DNA from: Candidatus Levybacteria bacterium RBG_16_35_11
GTDB lineage: Bacteria > Patescibacteriota > Microgenomatia > Levybacterales > UBA12049
NCBI GenBank assembly: GCA_001781995.1
Contig: MFNH01000063.1
Coordinates: forward strand, 1-49,455
Reading direction: 5' to 3'
DNA: 49,455 bases
The notes under the pieces are model-generated. The model was not told the origin of the DNA and searched no databases. It worked only from the letters and a program-made list of their open reading frames with translations. Shown here piece after piece: positions 8,990 to 18,257 of the stretch (within the stretch, counting starts at the first letter, position 1; the number at the start of each line of letters is the position of its first letter). The position numbers were made by a program, and so were the translations under genes.

Positions 8990-10420
8990 TCACCTCCCTT
9001 TTTGTTTTAGAATAATTGAAACCGCCATTTTTTTACCGGCAATTTGTGAACAAACCTCCTCTAAGGCTTGTAAAGTTTTTAATTCGCTTAATTTTTCTTT
9101 ATGAAATTTATAACCTGTTTCAATTGTAACCATTTTCTTTTCCATATCGTGTAAGTTAGCTCCTCTCAAAACCCCGGCAATTGTATGGTTATGGCCTTTC
9201 ATTCTTTCAATCACTTCGCCCCAAAATGCTTCATTTTTTCCAAGCAATCTTGGTTGTTGATGTTCGATTGCCTTTTTGGGTTCCGTCTTTTTACCAACAG
9301 TCTGTTCTGGCTTGATTCTATCTTCCGTTTCTTGTTTGTCATTGGACATTTCTCTTTCACCCCAGTTAATAATCGCCATTTCAAAGGGAAGTTGGACAAT
9401 AACCGAATACCTTGTTTCCAAATAAGCACGGTTAAATAATTCCATCAACTCCTTAAGTTCTGACATTGATAAAGAAGTTTCTTCTTTTTCATCATTTATC
9501 CCAACCTTACCAAGGAGAAGTTTATGCAGTTTCTCTATAAATGCTTGGGCAAAAAATTTAAGATCTACTCCTGAATCTGCAATTTTTCCTATTAAATTCA
9601 ATCCTGATTTTATATCCTGAGTCTCAAAAGCATTAATAAACTCTAAAATTTGTAGATTTATATTTGTAATGCTGTGTTTTTTCTCAACTGTTTCTTTTGT
9701 TATCTTTTTCCCCAAAGAGAGCGATAAAATTTCCTCAAGAATTTTTACCCCATCTCGAAAACTTCCGTCTGAAAGGCCGGCAATTGCCTCGAGTGCTTCT
9801 TTGTCGATTTTTATTTTCTCCACCTTGGCTATTCTTTCAAAAGCACGGATTAGCTCTTCTCTTGTCGCCTTTTTAAAATTAATTTGAAAACAACGAGATG
9901 TTATTGTTTGTAAAATTTTGTGTGGTTCGGTTGTGCACAAAACAAAAAGAGCATGATTAGGTGGTTCTTCTAATGTTTTAAGAAGAGCGTTGAAAGCCTC
10001 TGTTGTAAGCATGTGAACCTCATCGATTATGTAAACTTTTTTGCGAGCCGAGGCTGGAGATAGTTTTATTTTTTCCCGTAAATCTCTTATTTCGTCTATT
10101 CCCCTGTTTGAGGCTGCGTCAATTTCCAAAACATCAATATTTGTTCCATTTGCAATAGACACACATTGATTGCATTTACTGCATGGCTCCACCTGATTTT
10201 TGGACAATTTACTTTTTGTGGTTCTTTTTGCTTTTCGTTCACAATTTACAACTTTTGCAATAATTCTTGCTGCAGAGGTTTTTCCTAAACCCTTTGGGCC
10301 CGAGAAAAGAAAGGCATGGGGATAATTTTCATTTGCAAAAATCCTATAAAACGTTTCCCTTATCTTTTCATTGTCCAGTTCCTCAATTTTTTGAGGTCTG
10401 TATTTTCTGTAAAAAACCAT
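8990..10420 (-). CDS. dnaX: DNA polymerase III subunit gamma/tau
   Basis: 476 aa. YRP..F.E, GPKGLGKTS Walker A, a zinc module (C..C..C) and DEVHML. Confidence 0.92.
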   Translation of the reverse strand: MVFYRKYRPQKIEELDNEKIRETFYRIFANENYPHAFLFSGPKGLGKTSAARIIAKVVNCERKAKRTTKSKLSKNQVEPCSKCNQCVSIANGTNIDVLEIDAASNRGIDEIRDLREKIKLSPASARKKVYIIDEVHMLTTEAFNALLKTLEEPPNHALFVLCTTEPHKILQTITSRCFQINFKKATREELIRAFERIAKVEKIKIDKEALEAIAGLSDGSFRDGVKILEEILSLSLGKKITKETVEKKHSITNINLQILEFINAFETQDIKSGLNLIGKIADSGVDLKFFAQAFIEKLHKLLLGKVGINDEKEETSLSMSELKELMELFNRAYLETRYSVIVQLPFEMAIINWGEREMSNDKQETEDRIKPEQTVGKKTEPKKAIEHQQPRLLGKNEAFWGEVIERMKGHNHTIAGVLRGANLHDMEKKMVTIETGYKFHKEKLSELKTLQALEEVCSQIAGKKMAVSIILKQKGR

Positions 10421-10431
10421 ATTTTTCTACC

Positions 10432-10818
10432 TTAATCATGATGGATGCCAAGTAGGTGCAAAAGTCCATGAACAACAAGCTCGTTAATTTTATCATCAAC
10501 TAAAACTTCTTCTTTTGACGCTTCTTTTATGACTTCTGGATATGAAATTACAATATCTCCCAGTCTTAAAACGCTGGAGGGAGATTTTAAAGGGTCTCCT
10601 TCCTCTTGGGAAAAAGATAAAACGTTGCGGGTTTTATCTTCGTCCTTATATTTCCGCGAAAGTGTCCGCATTTTTCTATCTCCAACTATTGCAATCGATA
10701 CCTCAATAGGACTATTTATCTCCTGCTTATGCAATAAATTTTCTATTGCCTGCTTGATTTTTTTTCGGTTAACCTTATATCTGCTTTCAACAAAAATTAA
10801 AACATTGATTAAGTTCAT
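10432..10818 (-). CDS. ybeY: rRNA maturation RNase YbeY
   Basis: 128 aa. C-terminal HGLLHLLGIHH metal-binding motif. Confidence 0.9.
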   Translation of the reverse strand: MNLINVLIFVESRYKVNRKKIKQAIENLLHKQEINSPIEVSIAIVGDRKMRTLSRKYKDEDKTRNVLSFSQEEGDPLKSPSSVLRLGDIVISYPEVIKEASKEEVLVDDKINELVVHGLLHLLGIHHD

Positions 10819-10820
10819 AT

Positions 10821-11018
10821 TTACTTAGAGATACCTGAAAGCCATCTTTTCTTTGCCTCTTCTGTATCTCTCTTTTTTTGCTTTCGAGCAAGTGATGGCT
10901 TAAGATAAAATTCTCGTCTTTTCGCTTCACTAAGAATTCCCTCAGACATTACTTTTCGGGAGAATTTTCTAATTAACACATCGTCAGAATCTCCCGGCAT
11001 TTTTTTAACTACTACCAT
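10821..11018 (-). CDS. rpsU: 30S ribosomal protein S21
   Basis: MVVVKK..GDSDDVLIRKFSRKV...RREFY.KPS..RK.K. AGGAGGTG SD lies 7 nt before the ATG at 11018. The track start at 11054 is probably too long. Confidence 0.85.
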   Translation of the reverse strand: MVVVKKMPGDSDDVLIRKFSRKVMSEGILSEAKRREFYLKPSLARKQKKRDTEEAKKRWLSGISK

Positions 11019-11112
11019 AAAAAACACCTCCTTAAGCCCGCCAAAAAGCCTCACAATATATTCAGGCGGGAAACTCTATCTATTCTACTGCAAAGGAGAA
11101 AAACTGTAAAGA

Positions 11113-11439
11113 TTACATTTTTGCCTGCGAGCTCAATGGGGCTAAAAGATGGAGGTGAAGATGGTGGATTATTTGTGCTCCTCCGCCATTTATTACTAAG
11201 CGATAGCCCTTATTTTCCAGTTTTTTTTCTCTAACTAATTTTTTTGCAGTATTGAATATTTTCAAAAGCACTAAGTCAGGAGCATCCAAAAAATCGGGGA
11301 TATGAACTTTCGGAACAATTAAAAGATGAATTGGTCTTAAAGGATGAAGGTCGGGAAAAACCATAATATCCTCATTCTCATAGTCAAATTCTTTTGCAAT
11401 TTCTCCTTTTGCGATTTTACAAAAAACACAATTCTCCAT
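11113..11439 (-). CDS. HIT family (histidine triad) protein
   Basis: 108 aa. C.FC.I and the HHLHLHLL histidine-triad motif. Confidence 0.85.
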   Translation of the reverse strand: MENCVFCKIAKGEIAKEFDYENEDIMVFPDLHPLRPIHLLIVPKVHIPDFLDAPDLVLLKIFNTAKKLVREKKLENKGYRLVINGGGAQIIHHLHLHLLAPLSSQAKM

Positions 11440-11441
11440 AG

Positions 11442-12326
11442 TCAGATTGATTTCAATACTTCAATTATCTCATTTAGTTTTAATTTTGATGCTTTCATTT
11501 TTTTATTTTTCGGTGTCCCGTTTAATAACATTTTTTTATTTATATGTAAAAACCAGGTTGCATCCGGATCCATTTTTTTAAGCTTTTCATAAGCAGGAGT
11601 CAAATCAACATCCTTTCCATTATCTGATGGTCTGGCTTTTATCCTAACATAGCCTTTTCTCGGGTCTTTGCGAACGGCAAGAGCATAACCCATTTTTTGG
11701 GAAAGCTTAATAACGGTGTCATTTATTGACTCTATCGCAATCCCTTTTCCAAATCTTGTCTCAAAGATAATTCCCTTTTCTTTAATTTCTTTTTCCGCCC
11801 AAACTTTATTTTCAAACTCATGGAGAACTGCATCCAAAGAAATTATGCCAAACTCTATGTAAAATCTGTCATCGTTTGGTTTTTCTAATTTTATTCCATC
11901 TATAATTCCCACAAAAGAAAAGTCATAATAATCATTTGTAGGATCTTTCCAAAACACCTCTCTAAAGTGGTCAATCTCAACAACAATTTGGACAATCCTA
12001 TCTAAGGCTTGCTTTCGATTTTCCCACTTTTCACCTGTTAGATTTATTTGTTTTTGGATAAATTTCCAGGTTAAGCTTGAAGCGCTTTCCTCTTCGGTTG
12101 GAAGTTGGTGATGGTCTAAACAGCCAAGTCCTGTATCCACATGAATTACCTCGTTTCCATCTATATTCTCTATTACATCAACGCATTGGAATTTTTCGTG
12201 CAATCTATCTCCTGCTTGAACAAATTCAAATTTTGCATCCTGCCAACCTGGCAAAAACTTCTTCAGTAACCAAGCTGCAACTATTGCATCTAAGTCAGGC
12301 GAGGTATGGGTTACGATAATTTTCAT
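11442..12326 (-). CDS. DHH family phosphoesterase-like protein
   Basis: N-terminal HTSPDLDA (DxD), VDTG and LDHH motifs. Extended -10 (TGaTATAAT) lies 7 nt before the ATG. Confidence 0.6.
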   Translation of the reverse strand: MKIIVTHTSPDLDAIVAAWLLKKFLPGWQDAKFEFVQAGDRLHEKFQCVDVIENIDGNEVIHVDTGLGCLDHHQLPTEEESASSLTWKFIQKQINLTGEKWENRKQALDRIVQIVVEIDHFREVFWKDPTNDYYDFSFVGIIDGIKLEKPNDDRFYIEFGIISLDAVLHEFENKVWAEKEIKEKGIIFETRFGKGIAIESINDTVIKLSQKMGYALAVRKDPRKGYVRIKARPSDNGKDVDLTPAYEKLKKMDPDATWFLHINKKMLLNGTPKNKKMKASKLKLNEIIEVLKSI

Positions 12327-12393
12327 GTTAACAATTATATCATTAAATTCTCCTTGACAGATATTTCTTTATTTCGTAAAATCCTTTTTTATT

Positions 12394-12606
12394 ATGGCTG
12401 AGAAATTAAGACAAAGAGAAATTCCGAAAAAAAAGGCAATAAAGGAGGGAATAAGAGATTATTTAGCTTTGCAAGAAGAATCTGATTTATTGAGACAAGA
12501 ACAAGCGAGACAAGAACGAGAAATTCGTTTTTATAAACCCCCTCCTGATCCTCTTACTGGACTTATAGAATGGGAGGCAAGAGGTGGTGGATGGACATTA
12601 TATTAG
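12394..12606 (+). CDS. hypothetical small charged protein
   Basis: 70 aa. TTGACA-17-TAAAAT promoter 11 nt upstream. No domain recognised. Confidence 0.4.
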   Translation: MAEKLRQREIPKKKAIKEGIRDYLALQEESDLLRQEQARQEREIRFYKPPPDPLTGLIEWEARGGGWTLY

Positions 12607-12658
12607 TAATAAGAACTTGACAAAATTCTATAAATAAACCACTATATAAATACTGTCT

Positions 12659-13048
12659 ATGGATAAAGCTGTCCCACAACTAGATCCAAAACTTAAGGAA
12701 GCATATGACCGAGTTATGGGAACGGTTGTAACTCCTTCAAAACCGGCTGAACCTCAACCACAAGTATCTCCTCCGCCTCCTCCGGCTCATTCGGAACCTA
12801 TTCAACCTGTTTCTCCACCTCCTGCACAACCTACTCTCGAACATTTATCACAACATCCTTCCTCCTCAGCAACAATGGTACCATCCCCTACTGCGGAAAA
12901 AGCGGCTGTTGTTAAGACGAAAAGAAAAGTTTCCCCTTTAATTATTGGGCTAGGTGTCATTGTATTTCTTGCAATTTACGCGGTTGTCTGGATAAAATAT
13001 TTTGGGCTAACGATTCCTTTTTTAAACCCCGGCGCTGCTCCACAATAG
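12659..13048 (+). CDS. hypothetical Pro-rich protein with C-terminal TM helix
   Basis: 129 aa. PQPQVSPPPPPAHSEP low-complexity stretch, then the LIIGLGVIVFLAIYAVVWI helix. Confidence 0.45.
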   Translation: MDKAVPQLDPKLKEAYDRVMGTVVTPSKPAEPQPQVSPPPPPAHSEPIQPVSPPPAQPTLEHLSQHPSSSATMVPSPTAEKAAVVKTKRKVSPLIIGLGVIVFLAIYAVVWIKYFGLTIPFLNPGAAPQ

Positions 13049-13050
13049 CA

Positions 13051-14265
13051 CTAGTGAAGTCGGGTTAAAACCTCGTCTATTGTTAATAGCTCTGTTTTTT
13101 CGCCAATTCTTTCTTTCCATTCAATTTTGTCCTGAGTATTATCGCTAACAATCAAGCGAATCGGAATTCCAATTAAATCACAATCCGCAAACTTTTCTCC
13201 GGCTGAAATATCTCTGTCGTCAAAAAGTACATCAACCTTATTACCTTTTAACTTTTCGTAAACTCCCTCTGCTTTATGATTTAAACCAACTAAGTGAACC
13301 TCATAGGGCGAAACTTCTTTGGGCCAGACAATCCCTTTTTCATCGCTAAGTACTTCAACCAGCGCACCAATTACCCTTGTTGTTCCGATTCCATAACAGG
13401 CAAACCAGGCCAATTTTTTTTCTCCCTTTTTGTCCGCGAAATAAATTCCCATTTTTTCCGAATATATTGTTCCTAAAGGGAAAATATTCCCAACTTCTAT
13501 TGACCTTCCCTCTTTTATTAGCCCACCACATTTGGGACATTTGTCTCCTTTCTTCACTTTGGCAATTTCTTTATTTTGGCCAAAATCACATTTTTCGCAA
13601 TAAAAAATTGAATCTTCTCCGTTTTCTGCTAAAACTTGGAATTCGTGTGTTATATTTTCGGTAAATACCCCGCCGGGTGCCTCTACCATTCTTGCCTTAA
13701 GTCCTAATCTTTCAAAAATCTTTATATAAACTTCTGCTACCTTGAAGTAGTATTTATCTAAATCTTCTTTTGACGCATGAAGACTGTATAGATCTTTCAT
13801 TAAAAATTCTCTTGCTCTTAAAATTCCTGATTTTGCTCGAAGCTCATTTCTAAATTTGGTTGAAAAATGATAGAGTTTTATCGGCAGATCTTTGTAGCTT
13901 GATAATCGTTTTCTGACAATATCTAAAACTACTTCTTCGTGGGTAAAAGATAAAGCATATTCTTTATCATCTTTTTTGAATTGATACATAACGTCCTTGG
14001 CGTATTCCCAGCGTTTTGTTTCATTCCAAATCTGCTTAGGATGCATCAGAGGCATTAAAATTTCCTCAGCGCCGGTTTTATCCATCTCCTCGCGGATAAT
14101 GTTTTCGATTTTTTCTTTTACTCTAAACCCAAGGGGTAAAAGGGTATATGATCCAGCCATTAATTTATCAATGAAACCCGCTCTAAGCAGTAATTTTGCG
14201 TTTTTCGCAACTTCTTCTTTTGGAAAGTCGCGAGAAGTTTTACCGAAAAGTTCTGAATACCTCAT
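13051..14265 (-). CDS. proS: proline--tRNA ligase (bacterial type, INS editing domain replaced by a short CxxC..CxxC ribbon)
   Basis: Collinear with E. coli ProRS as I recall it (LLLRAGFI, THEEV, REFLMKD.YS, HEFQVLA..GED, IEVGNIFPLGT.YS) plus an anticodon-binding domain. Only 404 aa. Confidence 0.9.
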   Translation of the reverse strand: MRYSELFGKTSRDFPKEEVAKNAKLLLRAGFIDKLMAGSYTLLPLGFRVKEKIENIIREEMDKTGAEEILMPLMHPKQIWNETKRWEYAKDVMYQFKKDDKEYALSFTHEEVVLDIVRKRLSSYKDLPIKLYHFSTKFRNELRAKSGILRAREFLMKDLYSLHASKEDLDKYYFKVAEVYIKIFERLGLKARMVEAPGGVFTENITHEFQVLAENGEDSIFYCEKCDFGQNKEIAKVKKGDKCPKCGGLIKEGRSIEVGNIFPLGTIYSEKMGIYFADKKGEKKLAWFACYGIGTTRVIGALVEVLSDEKGIVWPKEVSPYEVHLVGLNHKAEGVYEKLKGNKVDVLFDDRDISAGEKFADCDLIGIPIRLIVSDNTQDKIEWKERIGEKTELLTIDEVLTRLH

Positions 14266-14340
14266 TCATTTTTAGTTTAACACTTTTATATTTTTTTTCA
14301 ATTGTGGACTTTGCCACGTTATTAAATTAAAATATAAGCT

Positions 14341-15009
14341 ATGCAAATTAATGAGATTATTGAGAAAATAAAAAATGATCCGCGTTTTTTAAAGCTAAAA
14401 AATGTCATAGAAAACAATACTCATCATAACCACCAACCAGTATACGAACATACCATGTTAGTTCTTAATATTGCGAAAGAAAAAATAACAGGTGATTTTA
14501 TTGAAAATAAAAAAGCAAAAGAACTATTTATTAAGTTCGTCAATGAAAAAGTTGATGGAGATTTACTGAGAAAAGATTGCATGGTTTTGGTGGCGCTTTT
14601 ACACGATATAGGAAAAGCCGTCCTTTACAAAGATGGTGAAATCGAAAGAAAGGTTTTGCATACAAAAGATGGAATTACAAGCTGCCCGGGGCATGAATAT
14701 ATAAGCTCATTATTTATCCCGGAGCTTCTTAAAGATTTGGTTTCCGAAAAAGTAATTTCATATATTTCTAAAATAGCAAGTCTACACGATACAATTTGCG
14801 ACTTTTACTTTAGCAAAATGAAAGATTGGAAATTAGAAGATGTTTTGGATGATATAAAATCCAAATCAGAAGGACTCTATATTGAAAGCCTTTTTAATAT
14901 TTACTGCGACGTTTATTATGCCAAGCCATCTGAAAATCTTAGGGAGATGGCAGTTAAAATCTTTAACTCTCCCGATTTTTACACAAAAAGAGTTTATTAT
15001 CTAAAATGA
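14341..15009 (+). CDS. HD domain-containing protein
   Basis: H...EHT and LLHDIGK motifs. 222 aa. Confidence 0.7.
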   Translation: MQINEIIEKIKNDPRFLKLKNVIENNTHHNHQPVYEHTMLVLNIAKEKITGDFIENKKAKELFIKFVNEKVDGDLLRKDCMVLVALLHDIGKAVLYKDGEIERKVLHTKDGITSCPGHEYISSLFIPELLKDLVSEKVISYISKIASLHDTICDFYFSKMKDWKLEDVLDDIKSKSEGLYIESLFNIYCDVYYAKPSENLREMAVKIFNSPDFYTKRVYYLK

Positions 15010-15716
15010 AAATCCCTTTATTTGACATAGACGGAACTCTCTTGGAAGCTAGGGATCCATTACATAGAAAAGCTTTTAATTATTCTTTTGAAAAAATCTA
15101 CAATCAGCCCCCAAGACAGAATGAACTAAATACCAATGGAATGACAGATAGGCAGATAATTGTAGAGGTATTAAAAATTCGAGGAATTTCTCCTCAGCAA
15201 GCAAGAAAAAAAATAGAAACAGCAATGCGGGTTATGGTCGAATTTTTCAATGCCCATAAACAAGATTTACGGCCAATAGTTCTTCCTGGTGTTTTTGATT
15301 TACTTTCCGATTTGAAAAACATGAAGACACCTCTTGGACTTTTAACGGGAAACGTAGAAGGGATCGGCTGGACAAGATTGGGAAAAGCAGGGCTTAGAGA
15401 TTTTTTTGGTTTTGGCGCTTTTGGTGATAAAACTGAAATAAGAGCAGAGCTAGTAGAAATAGCCAGGAAAAATGCGGAAATGGCGTTGAATAAAAAGTTT
15501 CAAGTTCAGGATTTTGTAATTATCGGTGACAGTCCAAAAGACATTTTCTGCGCAAAAGAGGCAAAAGTTCAAATAATTGCAGTTTCTTCCTGTATTTCTA
15601 GTTTTGAAGAACTTGAAAAAGAATCTCCTGATTTACTTGTCCATTCCCTAGAGGAAAAAGACAAGATATTGGACTTTCTTACTACTTCTGTGGAGCGAGA
15701 TGAAAACCCTCTTTAG
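15006..15716 (+). CDS. HAD family hydrolase
   Basis: FDIDGTLL motif I, LLTGN, GDSPKD. 4-nt start/stop overlap with the HD gene. Confidence 0.8.
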   Translation: MKIPLFDIDGTLLEARDPLHRKAFNYSFEKIYNQPPRQNELNTNGMTDRQIIVEVLKIRGISPQQARKKIETAMRVMVEFFNAHKQDLRPIVLPGVFDLLSDLKNMKTPLGLLTGNVEGIGWTRLGKAGLRDFFGFGAFGDKTEIRAELVEIARKNAEMALNKKFQVQDFVIIGDSPKDIFCAKEAKVQIIAVSSCISSFEELEKESPDLLVHSLEEKDKILDFLTTSVERDENPL

Positions 15717-16098
15717 TGTACCAATTATCAAAGGAAAAGACATATTCTGCTTCCAATTCCACTACAGTTTCAGCAACTATTGCATCAAAAATCGTATTTT
15801 TCTTGGAAACTGTTTTTTCAAACCTTTGACTTGCTCTGTTTTGAATTGTTTCATTGATAAATTCAACTAAGAAGGCTCCTGCCTGATACTGTCTATTAAT
15901 CAAGTGGGCTTTACGAGGAAGATTTTTTGCCCTTTTTAAAGCGGTAATTGCTTCTAAAATTGCTGTGTTGGGAAATATTACTTCGTATCCGTTACTCAAT
16001 AGCCATTTGCTTATCTTTTGAGCCTTATCGTGGTTTGCATCTTTTTCATCCGCTAAAGCCACTAATCCGTCAGCATCCCCAATTGCTATTCTTTTCAT
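15682..16098 (-). CDS. vapC: PIN-domain toxin (VapC-like)
   Basis: 138 aa. Acidic residues in a PIN-like arrangement (GDADG..., FDAIVAE). Abuts the upstream RHH antitoxin gene, sharing 1 nt. Confidence 0.6.
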   Translation of the reverse strand: MKRIAIGDADGLVALADEKDANHDKAQKISKWLLSNGYEVIFPNTAILEAITALKRAKNLPRKAHLINRQYQAGAFLVEFINETIQNRASQRFEKTVSKKNTIFDAIVAETVVELEAEYVFSFDNWYTKEGFHLAPQK

Positions 16099-16352
16099 TA
16101 TTTATTTCCAAAAGCATATTTTGCAGTATCTTCGGAAACATCTGTAGGTTCTTTGTCGTCAGAGGGTAGTTTTTTTGCCATTCTTGCCAGCTCTAGTAAA
16201 GCCTTAGCGGAGTTGAGCTTGGGATAAATAACTTTTAAACCAGCATCTATTGCTTCCCGAATTAGCTCGGCCTCAATTTTATTTTTAGCCTTAGCTGCTA
16301 GATCAATTTTTTGTTTTGTTTCATTAGAAATGTGTACGCTTATTCGTTGCAT
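16098..16352 (-). CDS. ribbon-helix-helix (CopG/VapB-like) antitoxin
   Basis: MQRISVHISNETKQKIDLAAKA.. is an RHH N-terminus. I chose the start at 16352 because the TTGACA/-10 promoter and a perfect palindrome occupy the longer track ORF's N-terminus. Confidence 0.65.
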   Translation of the reverse strand: MQRISVHISNETKQKIDLAAKAKNKIEAELIREAIDAGLKVIYPKLNSAKALLELARMAKKLPSDDKEPTDVSEDTAKYAFGNK

Positions 16353-16360
16353 AAAGACAA

Positions 16361-16388
16361 TATATATCATACGTAATACGTATGTCAA
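16361..16388 (-). promoter_or_regulatory. PIN/RHH operon promoter with perfect palindrome CATACGTA-A-TACGTATG (16368-16384) in the spacer
   Basis: TTGACA (16383-16388), TATATA (16361-16366), 8 nt to ATG 16352. The dyad is a candidate RHH operator. Confidence 0.55.
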
Positions 16389-16401
16389 GTGGTAATTTGT
16401 C

Positions 16402-17517
16402 TTACTGGATCTTCGGTAAAAGAGGCTGCCCTGTAAAAAGTCTTACAAAATCATGAACAGTTATTAATGCGATTAGGGAAAGTAAAATCGCCATTCCAAC
16501 TGCATGAGCGTAACTTTCAAATTTTCGGTTAACTTTCCTACCTGTTACTGCCTCTATGACAATAAATAAAAGTCTTCCTCCATCCAGCGCTGGGAAAGGG
16601 AGAATATTCAAAATTGCCAAATTTAAAGATAAAAGAGATACAAATGATAAAACGGCATAGGGTCCAATCTGAACAAACTGTCCTGTAAGTTCGGCAATCC
16701 CCACAGGACCAGCAACCCCTTGGGGAGAAATCCCAAAGAACACAAGTTGGTATAAAACCGTTGCAATTCCTGAAGCAATCAACCAGGACTCATACAATGC
16801 TTCCCTAGTTCCTAAAAAGGGAGCCTGATACCAGGGATACTTAACTGTTTTTATATCCTGGGAAATCGTAACTCCCATAGGTCCCTCATTGGATGGGTAT
16901 TTTTTTCGCGGAGTTATTTGTAAAGCTCTTGTTTGACCATCTCTTTTAATTTCCAAATTTAACTTTTCCCCTAAGTGTTTTTTAGTTTTTGAGATTAATT
17001 GGTTTGGGTTTTCTACTTTTTCCCTGTCAATTGATACAATTACATCCCCATTTCTTAATCCGGCAGCCGCAGCTGGTGAATTTTTAACAATATTTGAAAT
17101 AACAACCTTATCTCCTAATACAGGGACACCTACCGCAGAAAAAAGATAAGAAATAATCAAAACTGCCAAAAGAAAATTCATTACCACACCGGCAATTGAT
17201 ACTGCTGCCCTCTGCCAGACGGGTCTTGCAAAAAAAGCTCTGCTTTGATCCTTGATAATTGTCTTTTCTTTCTTGACTCTTACTGATCCTGACCCCGCTT
17301 CGTCTTCTCCGTAAAGTTTTACAAACCCGCCAATTGGAAGATAGTTAATTGAATAAACGGTTTCTCCCCTTTTTATTGATAATGCTTTTGGGGGAAGACC
17401 AAATCCAAATTCTTCTACTTTAATTTTTAATTTTTTTGCAACCAAAAAATGCCCAAATTCATGAACCAGAACTAATACCGAAAGAATTGCTATGAAAACA
17501 ACAACTGTAATTAACAT
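16402..17517 (-). CDS. rseP: site-2 protease (RseP/M50 family zinc metalloprotease)
   Basis: HEFGHF at the N-terminus, a PDZ region (GLRNGDVIVSID), LN..PFPALDGG. Confidence 0.9.
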   Translation of the reverse strand: MLITVVVFIAILSVLVLVHEFGHFLVAKKLKIKVEEFGFGLPPKALSIKRGETVYSINYLPIGGFVKLYGEDEAGSGSVRVKKEKTIIKDQSRAFFARPVWQRAAVSIAGVVMNFLLAVLIISYLFSAVGVPVLGDKVVISNIVKNSPAAAAGLRNGDVIVSIDREKVENPNQLISKTKKHLGEKLNLEIKRDGQTRALQITPRKKYPSNEGPMGVTISQDIKTVKYPWYQAPFLGTREALYESWLIASGIATVLYQLVFFGISPQGVAGPVGIAELTGQFVQIGPYAVLSFVSLLSLNLAILNILPFPALDGGRLLFIVIEAVTGRKVNRKFESYAHAVGMAILLSLIALITVHDFVRLFTGQPLLPKIQ

Positions 17518-17639
17518 ATGGCTTATCGCTTATAACAAATTATCTAGTCAGTATAGCTAATAATAATAAATTTCTCAACTAAGATAATTAAATTAAAAAC
17601 GAGGCTCCGAGCAATAGATGATGCTCAAATCTATTTCTT

Positions 17640-17903
17640 TCAATAAACCTGGTTATGAGAACCAACATCAAATAGCCAGATATTATTATCAACAATTACA
17701 TAGACTACTCTAATATCTCCAGTAACTGAAAATGAACGAAAGTTTTTCCTCTTACCGATAAGTTTATGATCTCTTAATGACGGGTCATTGGAATCTTTAA
17801 GAAGTTTTCCTAGTTGTGTTTTAAATTGTTTTTCAAGTTTTGGGTATGGAGCAATTCTTTTTTTGTAGCTTTTTAGAAATTCTCTATGATATTGAATCTT
17901 CAT
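17640..17903 (-). CDS. RelE/YafQ family mRNA-interferase toxin
   Basis: 87 aa. L.D..L.GK....RSF.V.GDIR..Y......I.LF.VGSH..VY pattern. Confidence 0.7.
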   Translation of the reverse strand: MKIQYHREFLKSYKKRIAPYPKLEKQFKTQLGKLLKDSNDPSLRDHKLIGKRKNFRSFSVTGDIRVVYVIVDNNIWLFDVGSHNQVY

Positions 17904-18174
17904 GTAGTTTATTTACTAAATCACTTGCTGAATTTGAAGAATAAATATTCTTACCCGACTCAAAATCTTTTGTCATATCAAGGTATCTTTTTTCATTCTT
18001 TCCGGAAAGCATAGTTGATTCTTGTAGTGTGACTTCTATTTTACGTGTTGCAATCTTAGATAAAAATACTCTAACCAGTTCCTGAAGTGAAGAAAATCCT
18101 TGAGAAATAGCTTCCTTTTCAGCACTAATTTTTAAATCTTGATTGATTGGAATTTGTAAAACTGTCTTATTCAT
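17884..18174 (-). CDS. antitoxin (RelB/DinJ-like) of the adjacent toxin
   Basis: 96 aa. Overlaps the toxin start by 20 nt. Has its own TTGATT-16-TATAAT promoter 8 nt upstream of the ATG. Confidence 0.55.
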   Translation of the reverse strand: MNKTVLQIPINQDLKISAEKEAISQGFSSLQELVRVFLSKIATRKIEVTLQESTMLSGKNEKRYLDMTKDFESGKNIYSSNSASDLVNKLHEDSIS

Positions 18175-18257
18175 GTATTATAATTATACTACTTTGATAA
18201 TATAAATCAATATGAATTTTGAGGCTAATTTACTTCGCAGGATGCATATGAGGAAAA

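Noticed and set aside
8990-10420. A programmed -1 frameshift site in dnaX (A-rich run CGC AAA AAA GTT near 10030-10045).
   Set aside because: The run is in the N-terminal ATPase module and is not in the A AAA AAG frame. No downstream stem-loop was noticed.
15682-15716. The 35-nt convergent overlap of the HAD and PIN gene 3' ends as a regulatory antisense feature.
   Set aside because: It is probably just compact gene packing. No structure or motif is evident.
17518-17639. Possible tRNA or small structured RNA in the larger AT-rich spacers (17518-17639, 44996-45070, 46058-46171).
   Set aside because: I could not fold a cloverleaf or a conserved stem pattern. The spacers are explained by promoters.
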